Position numbers and translations under genes: made by a program. Positions 43,493 to 55,357 of a stretch of DNA of 64,000 nt are shown in pieces (position 1 is the stretch's first letter; each line of letters opens with the position of its first letter). The stretch lies in NCBI GenBank assembly GCA_964016885.1, contig OZ024740.1, forward strand, positions 26,598,001-26,662,000, in the 5' to 3' direction. The stretch comes from Eledone cirrhosa. Taxonomy: Eukaryota. The notes below the pieces were generated by a model. It saw only the letters and a program-made list of their open reading frames with translations, was not told the DNA's origin and searched no databases.

Positions 43493-46400
43493 GGCGACCT
43501 ACGTAGAAAATCGTATCATTTTGAGCTCCGCAAAGGTTTGTTATTTTCAGTTGTTCAAAATTGCCATTCATGGAAAATTTTATTGTTAATTGTATATAAG
43601 GGCACATACATAGTTATCTGAAAAGGACACCCAAAAAGATTGGGGCCTTGAGCCCAAAATTTAAACTTTTATAATTATCAAACAAAAATTTTTTCTTTGA
43701 AACATCATGGCTGACTCACTCCTTTCTCACAAACTAACACCTCACAGCGACATCACCATTGTAAATATTTCTACGTTTGCCAACACTAAAAAAATATAAG
43801 CAGTAGCAATATTTTAAATTTGTCTCAGGCAGACATTCATTTCCCGCCATTACCAATGACTGCAGGTGTTAAAGCCGCCACCACCACCACCACCACCGCG
43901 ACAACCACCACCCCCACCACCACCGCGACAACAGAACCAAAAGAAAAAAATAAATTAACTCGTGATATCGAAATGAATTCAACCAAAATGAACTCTTCCA
44001 CACCGAACACCACTGACGCCACCACCGCCACAACTGAAACTAAAATTAATAATAACAAAAATAACGATAACAACAACAGCAACAATGACATTAAGAAAAC
44101 CACCCTGAGTTTTGCCAGAGTAGCAAAACAGTGCGAAGCATTTCAGGTAACTCAGGAGGATTTAGAAGAAGCCAAAAAAATGGTACATGGTCAGCCTCAC
44201 CCCCTCACCCCACCTAATAAAATGGAGCATCGGCGCCTATGCACCGTGTCTTATCGAACAATTAATATAAAATCGCGCCGAGTGGAACGGGCATCCGAGT
44301 CCCATATCCAAAAAGCTTTGGGACATGTGTGGGCAAAAATTACCCACATCAGACGTTGGCAGAAGTATGGAACCATGGACGTGTTCTTTGAAACACCACA
44401 GGGGGCTAGCGAACACTCCATCGCCCCATTAAGAAGTGATGACTTCACACTTGTCCCAAGCTATTGTGGCCAGAGACTCGTAAAGATCAGGGTCACCCAC
44501 ATTCCACCGGCCATCGAAATTCCCTGGCTAATAGATGCCGTACTCGCCGGCATCGAAGCCAACACCAAGATAATCGAAATAGCAAAAGAAAAGCAGGAGA
44601 ACTGGTCCGGATCTGGGATGGAGCTCCTGATCCAAGCGGACCAAAAAAGCATTGAGGAGATCCCAGAGGTAATAGACCTCACTGACGGCAGCCACCTCAC
44701 CTTAATTGTCGAGGGCAGAAGGCCTACGTGTGACGTTTGTGGTGAAGGAACCCACCTAAGGGTTTTCTGCCCTCAGGCTAAAAGGTTCAGACCACCTCTC
44801 CTACCCACCACAGTGACTCAACCATCAACACCACCAGCAGCAGAGAAGGCAGCAACAACTGTAGCAGCAACAACAGAAGCAACTGTAACAGCAACAACCC
44901 CAGCAACAGTAGCACAATCAACACCACCACCACCCATCGCGCCAGAACTAGCACCAGCGCCTACACCATCCACCACGCCACAACCAAAACTAACGCCTGT
45001 GGAGGATTTTCCACTCCCCGGCCTATCACAGCTGGAGACAGATTGTGACGACGGGAAGTGGGAAACGGTATCAGGAAAAAAGAAAAAAAGAAACCCCCCA
45101 AACAAATTCTCTTCCTTCCCCCTCCAAAAACAAAATACAGAGGGAAACAAATAAACTATCAAACAAAAAATTTAGGACAGATATGCCACCATCCACACCA
45201 GCATCACCAACCCCATCACCACAAACACCAACCCCATCAGCAGCATTGACCCCAACACCACCATCACCAACACCACAAAAGTCACCAAAATGCGAAACAG
45301 AAACAAACCCACAACAAACACAAACAAATCAAAACAACCAACACGATACACACTACACAGCATTACATTTGAACAACAACCAATTATTACACTACATCCA
45401 ACACAACACCAGCATCACAGAAAAAGACTACACAACAACCCAAAAGTTCACACCACCTCCTCACATACAACGTACATGAAGCTAAAACAAAAATTCCACA
45501 AAGACATCGGAGACTTCCGACAAGCACTCTTCAGGAGAATTTATAAGGACATCCTTCCTGAGGAGGCCACAAGCAGTGAAAAGGATGGATGAACCATCCT
45601 TCCTCTACGAGAAGTAAGGTAAGTGGTCTTTCCTATCTTTTCCACTCCATTTCAACATGACCTCACTCAGAATAGGCAGCATAAATGCCCGTGGCTTGGG
45701 GTCGTCATGGAAGCAGCGCCACCTGCTCAACGACCTCAGGTCACTAAACATAGATGTAGTGGCCATCAGCCATACCAGAATCTCCGAAGCACGGGCCTTC
45801 GCACCGATCTTCGGCGGCTACGATGTCTACGCATCACCCAGCCGTCCTGGATCGGGGGGAGGAGTTGCTGTGCTTTTTCGGAGAGGTTTGGATCTCGCCA
45901 TACGGGCCATCTTCCTGGACCCAGAAGGTAAGTTGGTGGTGATGGACGTGACCACCGGAGACGGGCAAGCTTTCAGGCTAGTGGCCGTCTATGCCCCGAC
46001 AGGAGCAGGGCGGCCTATTTCTTCCGGCGTCTGGAGACCTTTCTTGGAACATCCCGCTCTTTAGAGTTAGTGGGTGACTGGAATGGGATGTTAGATGCAG
46101 GCTTGGACTGTGTAGGATTAGCGCATAGGGGAGGAGGGTGCAAGAGCCTCACCAACTTGCTCAGGCGTTTTGAACTGTCTGACAGGTACCGATTGGATTT
46201 CCCGAATGTTCCAATGTGGACTTGGACAAATCGTATCGGGTCATCCATATCATATCTAGATAGAGTATTTTGTAAATAGATAGGTCTGGCATAAGCTGTC
46301 CACAATTCAAGATAGTCAGCTACATGACCACAAATTCGTGATCTGTGCGCTTGACTTAGATAGGCTTCATAGACGAGGATCCGGCTACTGGAAGTTACAA

Positions 46401-48103
46401 GTGGTGGTTTGCTCTGAAAAGAGCGATTAGAATAGAGTCCATTAGGTTTAGTAAGGCTTTAGCAATAGAGAAAAATAGAGCAGAGGGAGAACTAGTTAGA
46501 AAATTAAGACGAGGCGCTTAGCAAAGGCATCGCGACCGACGTACTTGCGGCGAAATTGGCCCTTGACCAATTCTTCAAGGCAAAGGACGAAAGGCTGCGC
46601 TGTCAGAGCTAGCGTGCGTGCTCTCAGACACGAGGGGACGAAAGCCGTTCAATTGGCCCGATTGGCGGAGGCGCATCGTGGCAACAAATCCACGATCCGG
46701 TCTTTGGTGGACCACGACGGGCGCATGCTACTCGATCCCGGACAAATGTGTGAAGCTTTTCAGCGACACTTCGCTCAGCTGTTCTGGGGCAGCGGTGGGC
46801 CGGGTCGAGTGATGGACTTTAGTGTCTACCTCGACGGACTGCCGCGGCTCTCGGCCACTGAGGCGGAGTGTTGCGAAAAGCCGATAACAGCAGCTGAACT
46901 ACGGGAGGCAATTACTGGCTGTACAAGGGGTAAATCGCCTGGTTTGGATGGTCTGCCCTATGAATTTTACGTACAGATGCCAGACTTGTTCGGAGGCTTC
47001 TTGGCGGACGTCTACTGCAACTGGCAACAGAATGGGAGAATTCCCAGCTCTGTGAGCCGAGAAGCGGTGGCACTGCTGAGAAAGGATTCGAACAAGGGGG
47101 ATAACATAGATAATTTCAGGCCCATAACTCTGCTAAACACAGAGTTCAAGATTTTGGCCAAGGTGCTAGCAACGCGCTTGTCGTTGGTGGTCTGGTGGGA
47201 GAGGCGCAGATATGCGCCATTCCCGACAGATCCATCCACGACAACCACCACCTCATGCGATACATCGTAGAGAGAGTAGCTAGGGAACCTGGCACGGGTG
47301 GGTCCTTGATCAATTTAGATCAGTCGAAAGTTTTCGATAGGGTCGATCATCGTTACCTAGCGGCAGTCCTGAGGGCGGCTGGCTTTGGGCTCGTCTTCAG
47401 AGGCTGGATCGCTACCATGCACAGCGACATCTGCTCTGTGGTGAGAGTGAACGGTCACCTTTCGGAACTGTTCAACATCATGCGCTCGGTCCACCAAGGA
47501 TATCCCCTGTCGTCTCTCTTGTACGTATTGACTCTCGAGCCATTACTGCACAAACTGGAGACGTTGAGGGACGTCTCGCGCGAACTAGGATGCGGAAGAT
47601 CCGTGTCAGCATATGCGGACGATGTCACCGTAGTGGTTTCGAACGCCAAACACATTGAGGCGATCGGCACTACACTAAGAGAATACGAAGCGGTGACAGG
47701 AGCAATGATCAACCAGGAAAAGTCGGTGGGCCTGCAGCTCGGCACCTGGAGAGGCAGGTCCATGCCGTCCAACAGCTCAGCGGATGCTGGACGGACGGAC
47801 CGTTTAAATTGCTAGGGGTCTGGTTCGGTCCGGACATCCAGACGGACAAAAACTGGGACGAGGTGACGAGCAGGGTGGCTTCTCTCACCCAGAAATGGGC
47901 GGAGAAGAAGCTATCCCTGAAAGGTCGAGCGGAGGTGGCTAACGCGTACATCGCGTCCGTCATCTACTACCACCTGACCGTCGTACCATGTCCTAAGCCC
48001 CGCCAGACGCGCTGGAGCGTTTACTCTTTCGCTTTTTGTGGAAGGGACGCGCTCCGATGCTCATGCGGTCTATCAGTTGTCAACACCCGCTACGTGGAGG
48101 GCT
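43493..48103 (+). mobile_element. Second tandem Tx1/L1-type copy, decayed and 3'-truncated
   Basis: Same 5' end; ORF1 43820-45154 with CDVCGEGTHLRVFCP; ORF2 from 45657 broken by frameshifts and a ~90-bp deletion near 46397; homology stops at ccgctacgtggagggct. Confidence 0.9.
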
Positions 48104-48111
48104 CGAACCCG

Positions 48112-51100
48112 GCAAACGTTCCTAGCGCGCCTATGACAATCGGGACCACTTTGACTTCATGGCAGTTCCAAATCCTTTTTACCTCCCACTTTAAGTCCTG
48201 GTATCGGCTTATTTTCTCCCTCGCCTTCTCTTGCACTCTCGTGTCGAATGGGCAGGCCACATCCACAATCAGGCATGATCTTTTTTCTTTGTCCAAAACT
48301 CCCAGGTCAGGTCTATTGTGTTCCAGTTTCTTGTCGGTCTGTATCCTAAAATCCCACAGCACCTTCACCTGATCGTTTTCTATCACCGACTCTGGCTTAT
48401 GCTCATACCATTTCGAGAATGTGGTAAATTGTTTACTTTGCATAGGTGCCAGTGGATCACCCTGCCCATCACATCATGTCTCCAGCCCTTCTAGTGAGTC
48501 TGGGCTAGGTGTTTACACTGGGATACAATGTGAGCCACAGTCTCCTCTCTCTCTCCACAGATCCTGCACAGTGGGCTAGCCTCCTCCTTGTAAATATGGT
48601 GTTTCAACCACTTCGTTTTGAGGGCCTGCTCTTGCGCAGCATTTAACATTCGTTCTGTAGCCTTGTTAAGGTCTCCTCTTTTCAACCAGTTCCATGTCTG
48701 TGGATCTCTGAATTCAGTTTTCTCAAAGAAGGTACTATGAAGGGATTTTTCCTGAAGGCTGCTCTTTCTCCTTGTTGTTATTTCCTCCTTGGACATCCCC
48801 TGGTCTATTGTCCTCTCCTTCAGTACAGTTCTGACCATTGGCTCCTTACAATCAGTCACGTATTTGTGTAGGTTGTTTTTCTCCATCTGAACACAGTCCT
48901 CTATGCTGATAAGACCTCTTCCACCTTCAGGTCTCCTTCAGTAGAGTCTATCGACATCACTCCTCTTGTGGAACATGTTGTAGATAGTCAATAGCTTCCT
49001 AGTCTTCCTATCCATTTCTTTTTGTTCAGCAAAATTCCATCTCAGAATTCCCGCACTGTACCTAATAATAGACACAGCTCTGGAATTTACTGCACTTATG
49101 GCATTCCTACTGTTCAAATGTAACTTTAATACGCTCCTTACTCCCTGAATGTATTGAGTTCTTATCAATTCCTTCATTTTTTTGTTCTTGATGTCATCAG
49201 CCTCCAGAACACCCAAAATACTTGTATCCTTCTTCAGTGTCAATTTCCTTTAACATCTCACCTGATGGTACCTGGATTCCGTTGCTTCTGCTCAATTTAC
49301 CCATCTTCACCACAAGGACTCCACACTTACTAATACCAAATTGCATACATATATCATTGGTGAAAATACGGACAGTGTCAACAAGCAAATCCAACTCCTT
49401 CTCACTCTTCCCGAAGAGTTTAAGATCGTCCATGAAGAGGAGGTGATTGATGGTAAGCTCTCCCTTTCCCAACTTGTATCCTGCTCTCACTTTTCGCAGG
49501 ATAATGGTCAGAGGCATCAGGGCAAGGACAAACAACAGAAGGGACAGACTATCTCCCTGGAAGATACCTCTCTTGATGTTCACGCCTCCCAAGGATTCTC
49601 CAGCTGATGTTCACTCTGTTTCCCAAGACTTCATACTTTTGCCCAACAACTGTCTGATGTTATCTGCCACCTTGAATATCTCTAGGCTTATGGTGATCCA
49701 AGAATGTGGCACCATGTCAAATGCCTTTTTGTAGTCTATCCATCCCATGGCAAGACCAGGGTGTCTCCTCTTGCAATTCCTCATTACCATCTTATCAATA
49801 AGTAACTGGTCCTTTGTACCACGGGACTTCTTTCGGCATCCTTTCTGTTCGTCCGGTAACAAGTTGTCTGTGTGGAGGTGATGGTAGATTTCATCAGACA
49901 TATTGCTTGTCAGCAGTTTCCACATTACGGACAGACATGTGATATGTCTATAGTTGGTAACATCATTACCCTTGATTCGGACCTTCATTACCAGAACTGT
50001 GGTACCTTTTGTCAACCACTCTGGTCCCACACCTGACATCAAGCAGTCATTGAACATGGTTGTCAGTTTCGGGTGGAGGGATGTTATATTTTTAATCCAA
50101 TACCCCTGCACAACATCTGGGCCTGGTGATTTCCAGTTGGTTAGTTTTTTGGCCTGTCCCTTAAGAGTTTCAACTGTGATATTCAAGTCATTTTGTTGGT
50201 GTGCTTGTTCACTAATCTCCTTCTGTACTGTCTCAATCCACACTGCCTGGTCATTATGTTTAACATCCTGCTCCAATATTCCTCTCCAGAATGTTTTAGT
50301 TTGTTCCGCTTCAGGGATCATGTCGTTGCCTCTTTCTTTCCCTTCAAGCTTTCCAAACAGCATCTTCTGGTTGTTGTCAAACATGCGGTTCTGTCTATAC
50401 TGACTGACTCTGCTCTCGTATCGCCTAATTTTTGCACTCTTTGCTACAATGCCTTGCTTCAGTTCCTCTATGATAATATATATCTTTTTCCTCCTAGCTT
50501 TGTACTTTATTTCCAGTCTATGTTTTTTAGTGTCCCATTCAGTAGGGACTCAAGCTTTCCAATGTCATTTCTCATTTCCCTGATTTGACCACTCAGTCTT
50601 TTCTTCCACCAAGGCTCTGATCTTTCTTGTTTGTTGTTTCCTCTCGCTTTTATACTAAGTAATTTCCTCACCGCATTTGCTGTTGCTTTGAGGATATTGT
50701 TGCACTGCTGAAGGCTCCTCGCCTCAAGGTATGGGATGACTTTGTTTACCTTAGCTGTTGTTTCTTTTAACTTTTTCCTGTCTACAAATCCTAGGTTCAT
50801 AGTTTTCCCACTATCATTCTTCAATTAATCTACCACTAAGTTTAGGATATCAACCAAATCTTGTCCTAGCCCGTCAGCATTCATCTCCTCAATGGCCGTA
50901 ACTTTGTTCCAGGTATTATTTATTTCAGCATTCAGATCATTGTTCCATCATGGTTCCTCCGTTCTCTCAAGCTCTTCACCTTCATTTCCCACTGGCTCGT
51001 TTGCCTGGCATACTCCACTCTCCATTTCCAAGCTAATCTCTGTGCTCAGTTCCTCTAGTTCCAGCTCGCTTATCCAGCCATTAGTTCTTATTACCCGAGC

Positions 51101-51745
51101 CTGCCCGGCCAATTTTTGTTCATCTAATTTAAATAGACCAATCTCGTTCCAGATGTTATGCATCCGTTTCCTATAGCCTTTCTCCCTGGGGTTACTCTTC
51201 AGGTAACATCGCATAACAATTCTATTCAATTCTTTCGTCCAGTTGGTTCTGGTCCCTTTCCTTCTTCTTCTTCCTCCAACACCAACAGTATTTGGTTGAC
51301 AGCCAGGTCCCTGCTGCTGAGCCAGGGAGCACCTGCTGGGTGAGAGTCTGTCACATGACATTCTAGTCTCCACTTCACCGTTATTCGAACTGTTTAGGTT
51401 CGACATTTAAACACTCTTATCGAGGATTGGTGAATGTATGGTTACATAACCACCGGTGATTTCATCACTCCCGGTGATTTTTGTGTGGCACTATCACGCT
51501 GTAGACGAACATAAATAAACAAACAAAGGAACAGGCAAAAAAAAACCCTAAAAAGAATAAGCATAAGTTTGATTGTAATGTAATGTTTGACTGTCTGACT
51601 TAGTTTTTCCCTTCCCTTCTCTGTCCGTCCGTTTGTTTTTCTCTTAAATTTTCTTTTCTTTACGTTTTTCGTTGTTGCTGTGCTACTTTGACTTTGATTT
51701 TTGTTTTTTTGATTTTTTGACCGGGTCATCAATTCAGTCTATTTA
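48112..51745 (-). mobile_element. R4/Dong-type non-LTR retrotransposon, near full length, decayed, 3' tip missing
   Basis: ORF pieces 51406-50948, 50824-50507, 50384-49611 (WKSPGPD, YRHITCL, EQKGCR, DYKKAFD), 49592-49197 (GIFQGDSLS, LFMDD), 48886-48491 (CRICGEREETVAHIVSQC) and 48443-48112 (RLE); 5' side abuts (TAA)n. Confidence 0.9.
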
Positions 51746-51771
51746 TATATTATTATTATTATAATTATTAA

Positions 51772-51962
51772 GGGCGGTGAATTGGCAGTATCGTTAGAGG
51801 GCCGGACGCCATGCTTTGACGCACAGATATACGGCCCTTGCCATTCTGAGTTCAAATCCCGCCGAGGTTAACTTTGCCTTTCATCCTTACCTGATCGATA
51901 AAATAAAGTACCAGTAATACACTGGGAAATTGCTGGCCTTGTGCCAAAAGTAGAAACAATTA
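51772..51962 (+). mobile_element. tRNA-derived SINE (family A), apparently full length
   Basis: ggcggtgaatTGGCAGTATCGTTAG (A box) ... GAGTTCAAATCCC (B box), tail running into (ATT)n; resembles SINEs known from octopus (recalled, not searched). Confidence 0.85.
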
Positions 51963-51997
51963 TTATTATAATTATTATTATTATTATTATTATTATT

Positions 51998-53000
51998 ACA
52001 GTTGCATTTATCTTGCTTTATGTTCATACGAGTTATCACCAAGTCACAACCAGTGACCTCAAGAGACAACAAGGTCCGCCATGTTCAAGAAAGAACATAC
52101 ATATTCACACATGCATCTTTAGTGTTTAGACTTGTGATGTACTTATATTGACAGAATCTTCCTTAGTATATGGGCAGTTCCCATTAGTACTATCTTTTGT
52201 ATTTCTCCTATACGCGTGTTTCCTGGGATTTGCGATAAGTAATCATTAGACCCCTTAGGTATCATTCCCAGAGCGCCTACAACCACTGGTATTGTTTTAG
52301 TTCTCAATTTCCACATTTTTCCAATTTCTATCTCCAGGTCCTTATACTTGCTCAATTTTTCAAATGTTTTTATAGATACATTCTTGTCTATTGGAACAGA
52401 CATATCAATTAGCAGGCATACCCTCTTTTGAAAGTCTTTCAATATTATATCAGGTCTGTTTGCATCTATTTTTCGGTCTGTTTGGATGCAAAAGTTCCAC
52501 AAGATTGAGATGTGATCTTTTTCAAGTATGGGAGGTGGTTGATGCTCCCACCAATTCTTTTGATGGGGCAGGTCAAAATGCTTACACATTATCCAATGTA
52601 TGTATTGTGCAGCTCTGTCATGCCTGTTTAGGTATTCGGTTGGAGCTATAGGACTGCACATTGAAATTATATGGTCAATGGTCTCTGGTTGTTTTTTGCA
52701 TACACGGCATAATGGGCTGCACCCATTTTTTATTATGTTGGCTTGGTAATTTTTTGTTGGCAGACACTGATCTTGTGCCGATATAATCAGTCCTTCAGTC
52801 TCCGATTTCAGTCCAGAGGATGCCAACCACTGATGGGTTAAAGTTTTGTCAACATCAGGATTGTTAGCGCGCTCTGGGTATTTTCCATACAGAGGCTTTT
52901 CTTGCCATTTCTTAGCCAGTTTCTGTAGCAGTTCTTTCTTTGCAGTTACTTTTACCTGCTTTGCTTTTTCTGTGTTTTCCATTTCTGCAGTAAATGGGAC
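51998..53000 (-). mobile_element. 5'-truncated R4/Dong-type element of a second family (ORF 52143-52982)
   Basis: AQDQCL, CRVCKKQPETIDHIISMC, YLNRHD, ILWNF.IQTD...NRPDI, IDMSVP, EKLSKYKDL, PVVVGALG; (TAA)n on both sides. Confidence 0.9.
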
Positions 53001-53040
<40 letters not shown>

Positions 53041-53044
<4 letters not shown>

Positions 53045-53924
53045 GAGGATTAGTGGAGGGGAAGAGCGACGACGTACTTGGGGAAACTCTAGGCGTCGAC
53101 GAAAATCAACTAGCCAATCTCTTCGGAAGAACTTTCGGGCCAGGGCCTATGGACAACTTCCAGAAATCTCTGGCCTGGCAGTGCTACCGAGGAGCCTTGC
53201 CAGTTCGGGATAAACTCTACAGGCATGGAGGTGCCGTCAACCGGGCATGTCCGAGATGCGCGCAGGGCGACGAAACCGTCCTGCACGCACTCGTCCAGTG
53301 TCCGAAAATTGCTGACTTGTGGGTTTATGTCGAACACCTGCTGTCGCGTTTAGGACGGATCCGGCTATCATCTGAGTCCATCGTGAGGGTTGCCCCGCCC
53401 TCCTCCTTTAGCCGGGAAGGGCAGGCAGTTTTTATCTGTCTGGTGGCCATGGCGAAAGAGATAGTATTGTGGACACGTTTGAAAGGGCTGAAGACGAGCA
53501 CTTACCTCTTCGGTGATGCTCTGATTGACTTTTTCAAATTTCATTTGAAAAGGAAAATCAGAGTAGAGAGGGAAGTGCTCTCTTCCCAGCATTTTGTTGA
53601 AAGATGGGTGAGAGAAGCAAGAATGGCCCGAGTGAATGGGCCTACTCTGAGTATATATCTGTAAATTAAAGGTGGAAAACTGGGAGAGGGCACTTGCCTT
53701 GGTGGTCAGGGTCATTGTGGCTTTTTACTGGGCTTTCTCCACAAATGTCCCTCCGAAGTCTCCCCCCTATTGGGGAAATTTTCATTGTTATTTTCATTGT
53801 TATTTTTGTTACATCCTCTGTTTTTGTTTTTTTACACGCAGAAATGCCCATTTGTACCGTCCTGCATTGTCCAGCACTGTCCTTAATGTCTACTTTATGT
53901 AAACCCTTGTGGTTAATAAAGAAA

Positions 53925-53926
<2 letters not shown>
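53041..53926 (+). mobile_element. 5'-truncated Tx1/L1-type copy (ORF2 C-terminus plus 3'UTR)
   Basis: Close homolog of 42578-43444; (ATT)n on both sides. Confidence 0.9.
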
Positions 53927-54004
<78 letters not shown>

Positions 54005-54083
54005 ACAGTTCTAGTCATATAGAACATTCTATATTAAAACATTTATACTCTGCTATGTATTGAGTACCTTAACTCCGATTCAA

Positions 54084-54167
<84 letters not shown>

Positions 54168-54175
<8 letters not shown>

Positions 54176-54931
54176 GACGTAAAATACGAAAATTTTAAAA
54201 TTAACTTACTTACTAAAATTTTCACTCCAACTAAGTAGTTTCTGTAACGGAATAAATATAGTTACGCAACGTAACTTATTTTACGTCTTTCATATAATTG
54301 TTCTGCATCCCCTTGCATAGAACCACAAAGGTACTAAGACATAACATATATATTTGCTAGCATGGGTACACATCTGTATACATATGTTGGTAGATATACC
54401 AATTCTCTATATTTATCTCCAAATTATTTGTTGAGCAAAACTTGCCGAATTTACTGCTATGGTTCATGGTAGTAGTTAGGCTCTTGTCATAATACCACCC
54501 CACTCCTCACTGATTAACCTCAGTGTCAAGTGATTGATTCTTTAGAATTTGCCACTGACCAAGTAGGCAGTGAATTTTTTCAGTGCCCTGGAATCTAGTC
54601 CCCGCTAGCTTTTATCCATCCACTGAATTATTATTTTTATATGGGTTCCTAGTGTCCGCGCATTGCCTGGGAACTTAGCTAAAAATAGACTCCCTGATGA
54701 CGTAAGGATTTATTTATAGTTGCATTGCGTAACTATATTTATTCCCTTACAGAAACTAATTAGTTGGAGTGAAAATTTTAGTAAGTAAGTTAATTTTAAA
54801 ATTTTCTTATTTTACGTCTTTCATATAATTGTTTTGCATCCCCTTGCATAGAACCATAAAGGTACTAAGACATAACATATATATTTGCTAGCATGGGTAT
54901 ACATCTGTATACATATGTTGGTAGATATACT

Positions 54932-54940
<9 letters not shown>
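54168..54940 (+). mobile_element. Non-coding PLE pLTR or retrozyme-like unit: inverted 5' piece plus ~530-bp tandem unit
   Basis: 54277-54410 repeats at 54808-54940; 54168-54270 is an inverted copy of ~54728-54826; contains a hammerhead. Confidence 0.75.
54689..54770 (+). ncRNA. Type I hammerhead ribozyme with extended stem II
   Basis: ACUCC-CUGAUGA-c-GUAAGG...CCUUAC-a-GAAA-CUAAUUAG(palindrome)-UU-GGAGU. Confidence 0.8.
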
Positions 54941-55021
<81 letters not shown>

Positions 55022-55213
55022 AGATAAATCTACCAAAATAAACGGTAGTGTCCAATCCGTATGAAGAACTCAATGTTATCCAAATATAGAAGATATCATG
55101 AAAAGAGAAAATGCATTCAAAATTTAACGATAAAAATCATAGGAAAACAGAGTCAAGATAAATTAATAAATACAATGAAATAAAGACAAAGAACAGGTTC
55201 CTTATATTAAAAA

Positions 55214-55357
55214 CATCATAATTTTATGATCGTTTCTGGGATATATATGTGTATGTTGGTATGTATATCCTATTAAAGATCTATGTGAAAAAATATTACA
55301 AATTATCAGAGGAGATATACGCACCTTCACTTATATATGCCATCTTCAGAAATGATG
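55214..55357 (-). ncRNA. Hammerhead ribozyme with very long stem II (3' pLTR)
   Basis: CAUCAUUU-CUGAAGA-UGG cAUAUAUA...UAUAUAUc CCA-GAAA-CGAUCa-UA-aaauuAUGAUG. Confidence 0.65.

Noticed and set aside
51772-51865. tRNA gene
   Set aside because: A and B boxes belong to a SINE head present in at least four copies with a shared tail; no clean cloverleaf
55290-55335. SECIS inside the long hammerhead stem II (GUGA plus a 12-bp helix)
   Set aside because: No GA on the 3' side to form the non-Watson-Crick quartet, and no clear apical AA; needs a formal search
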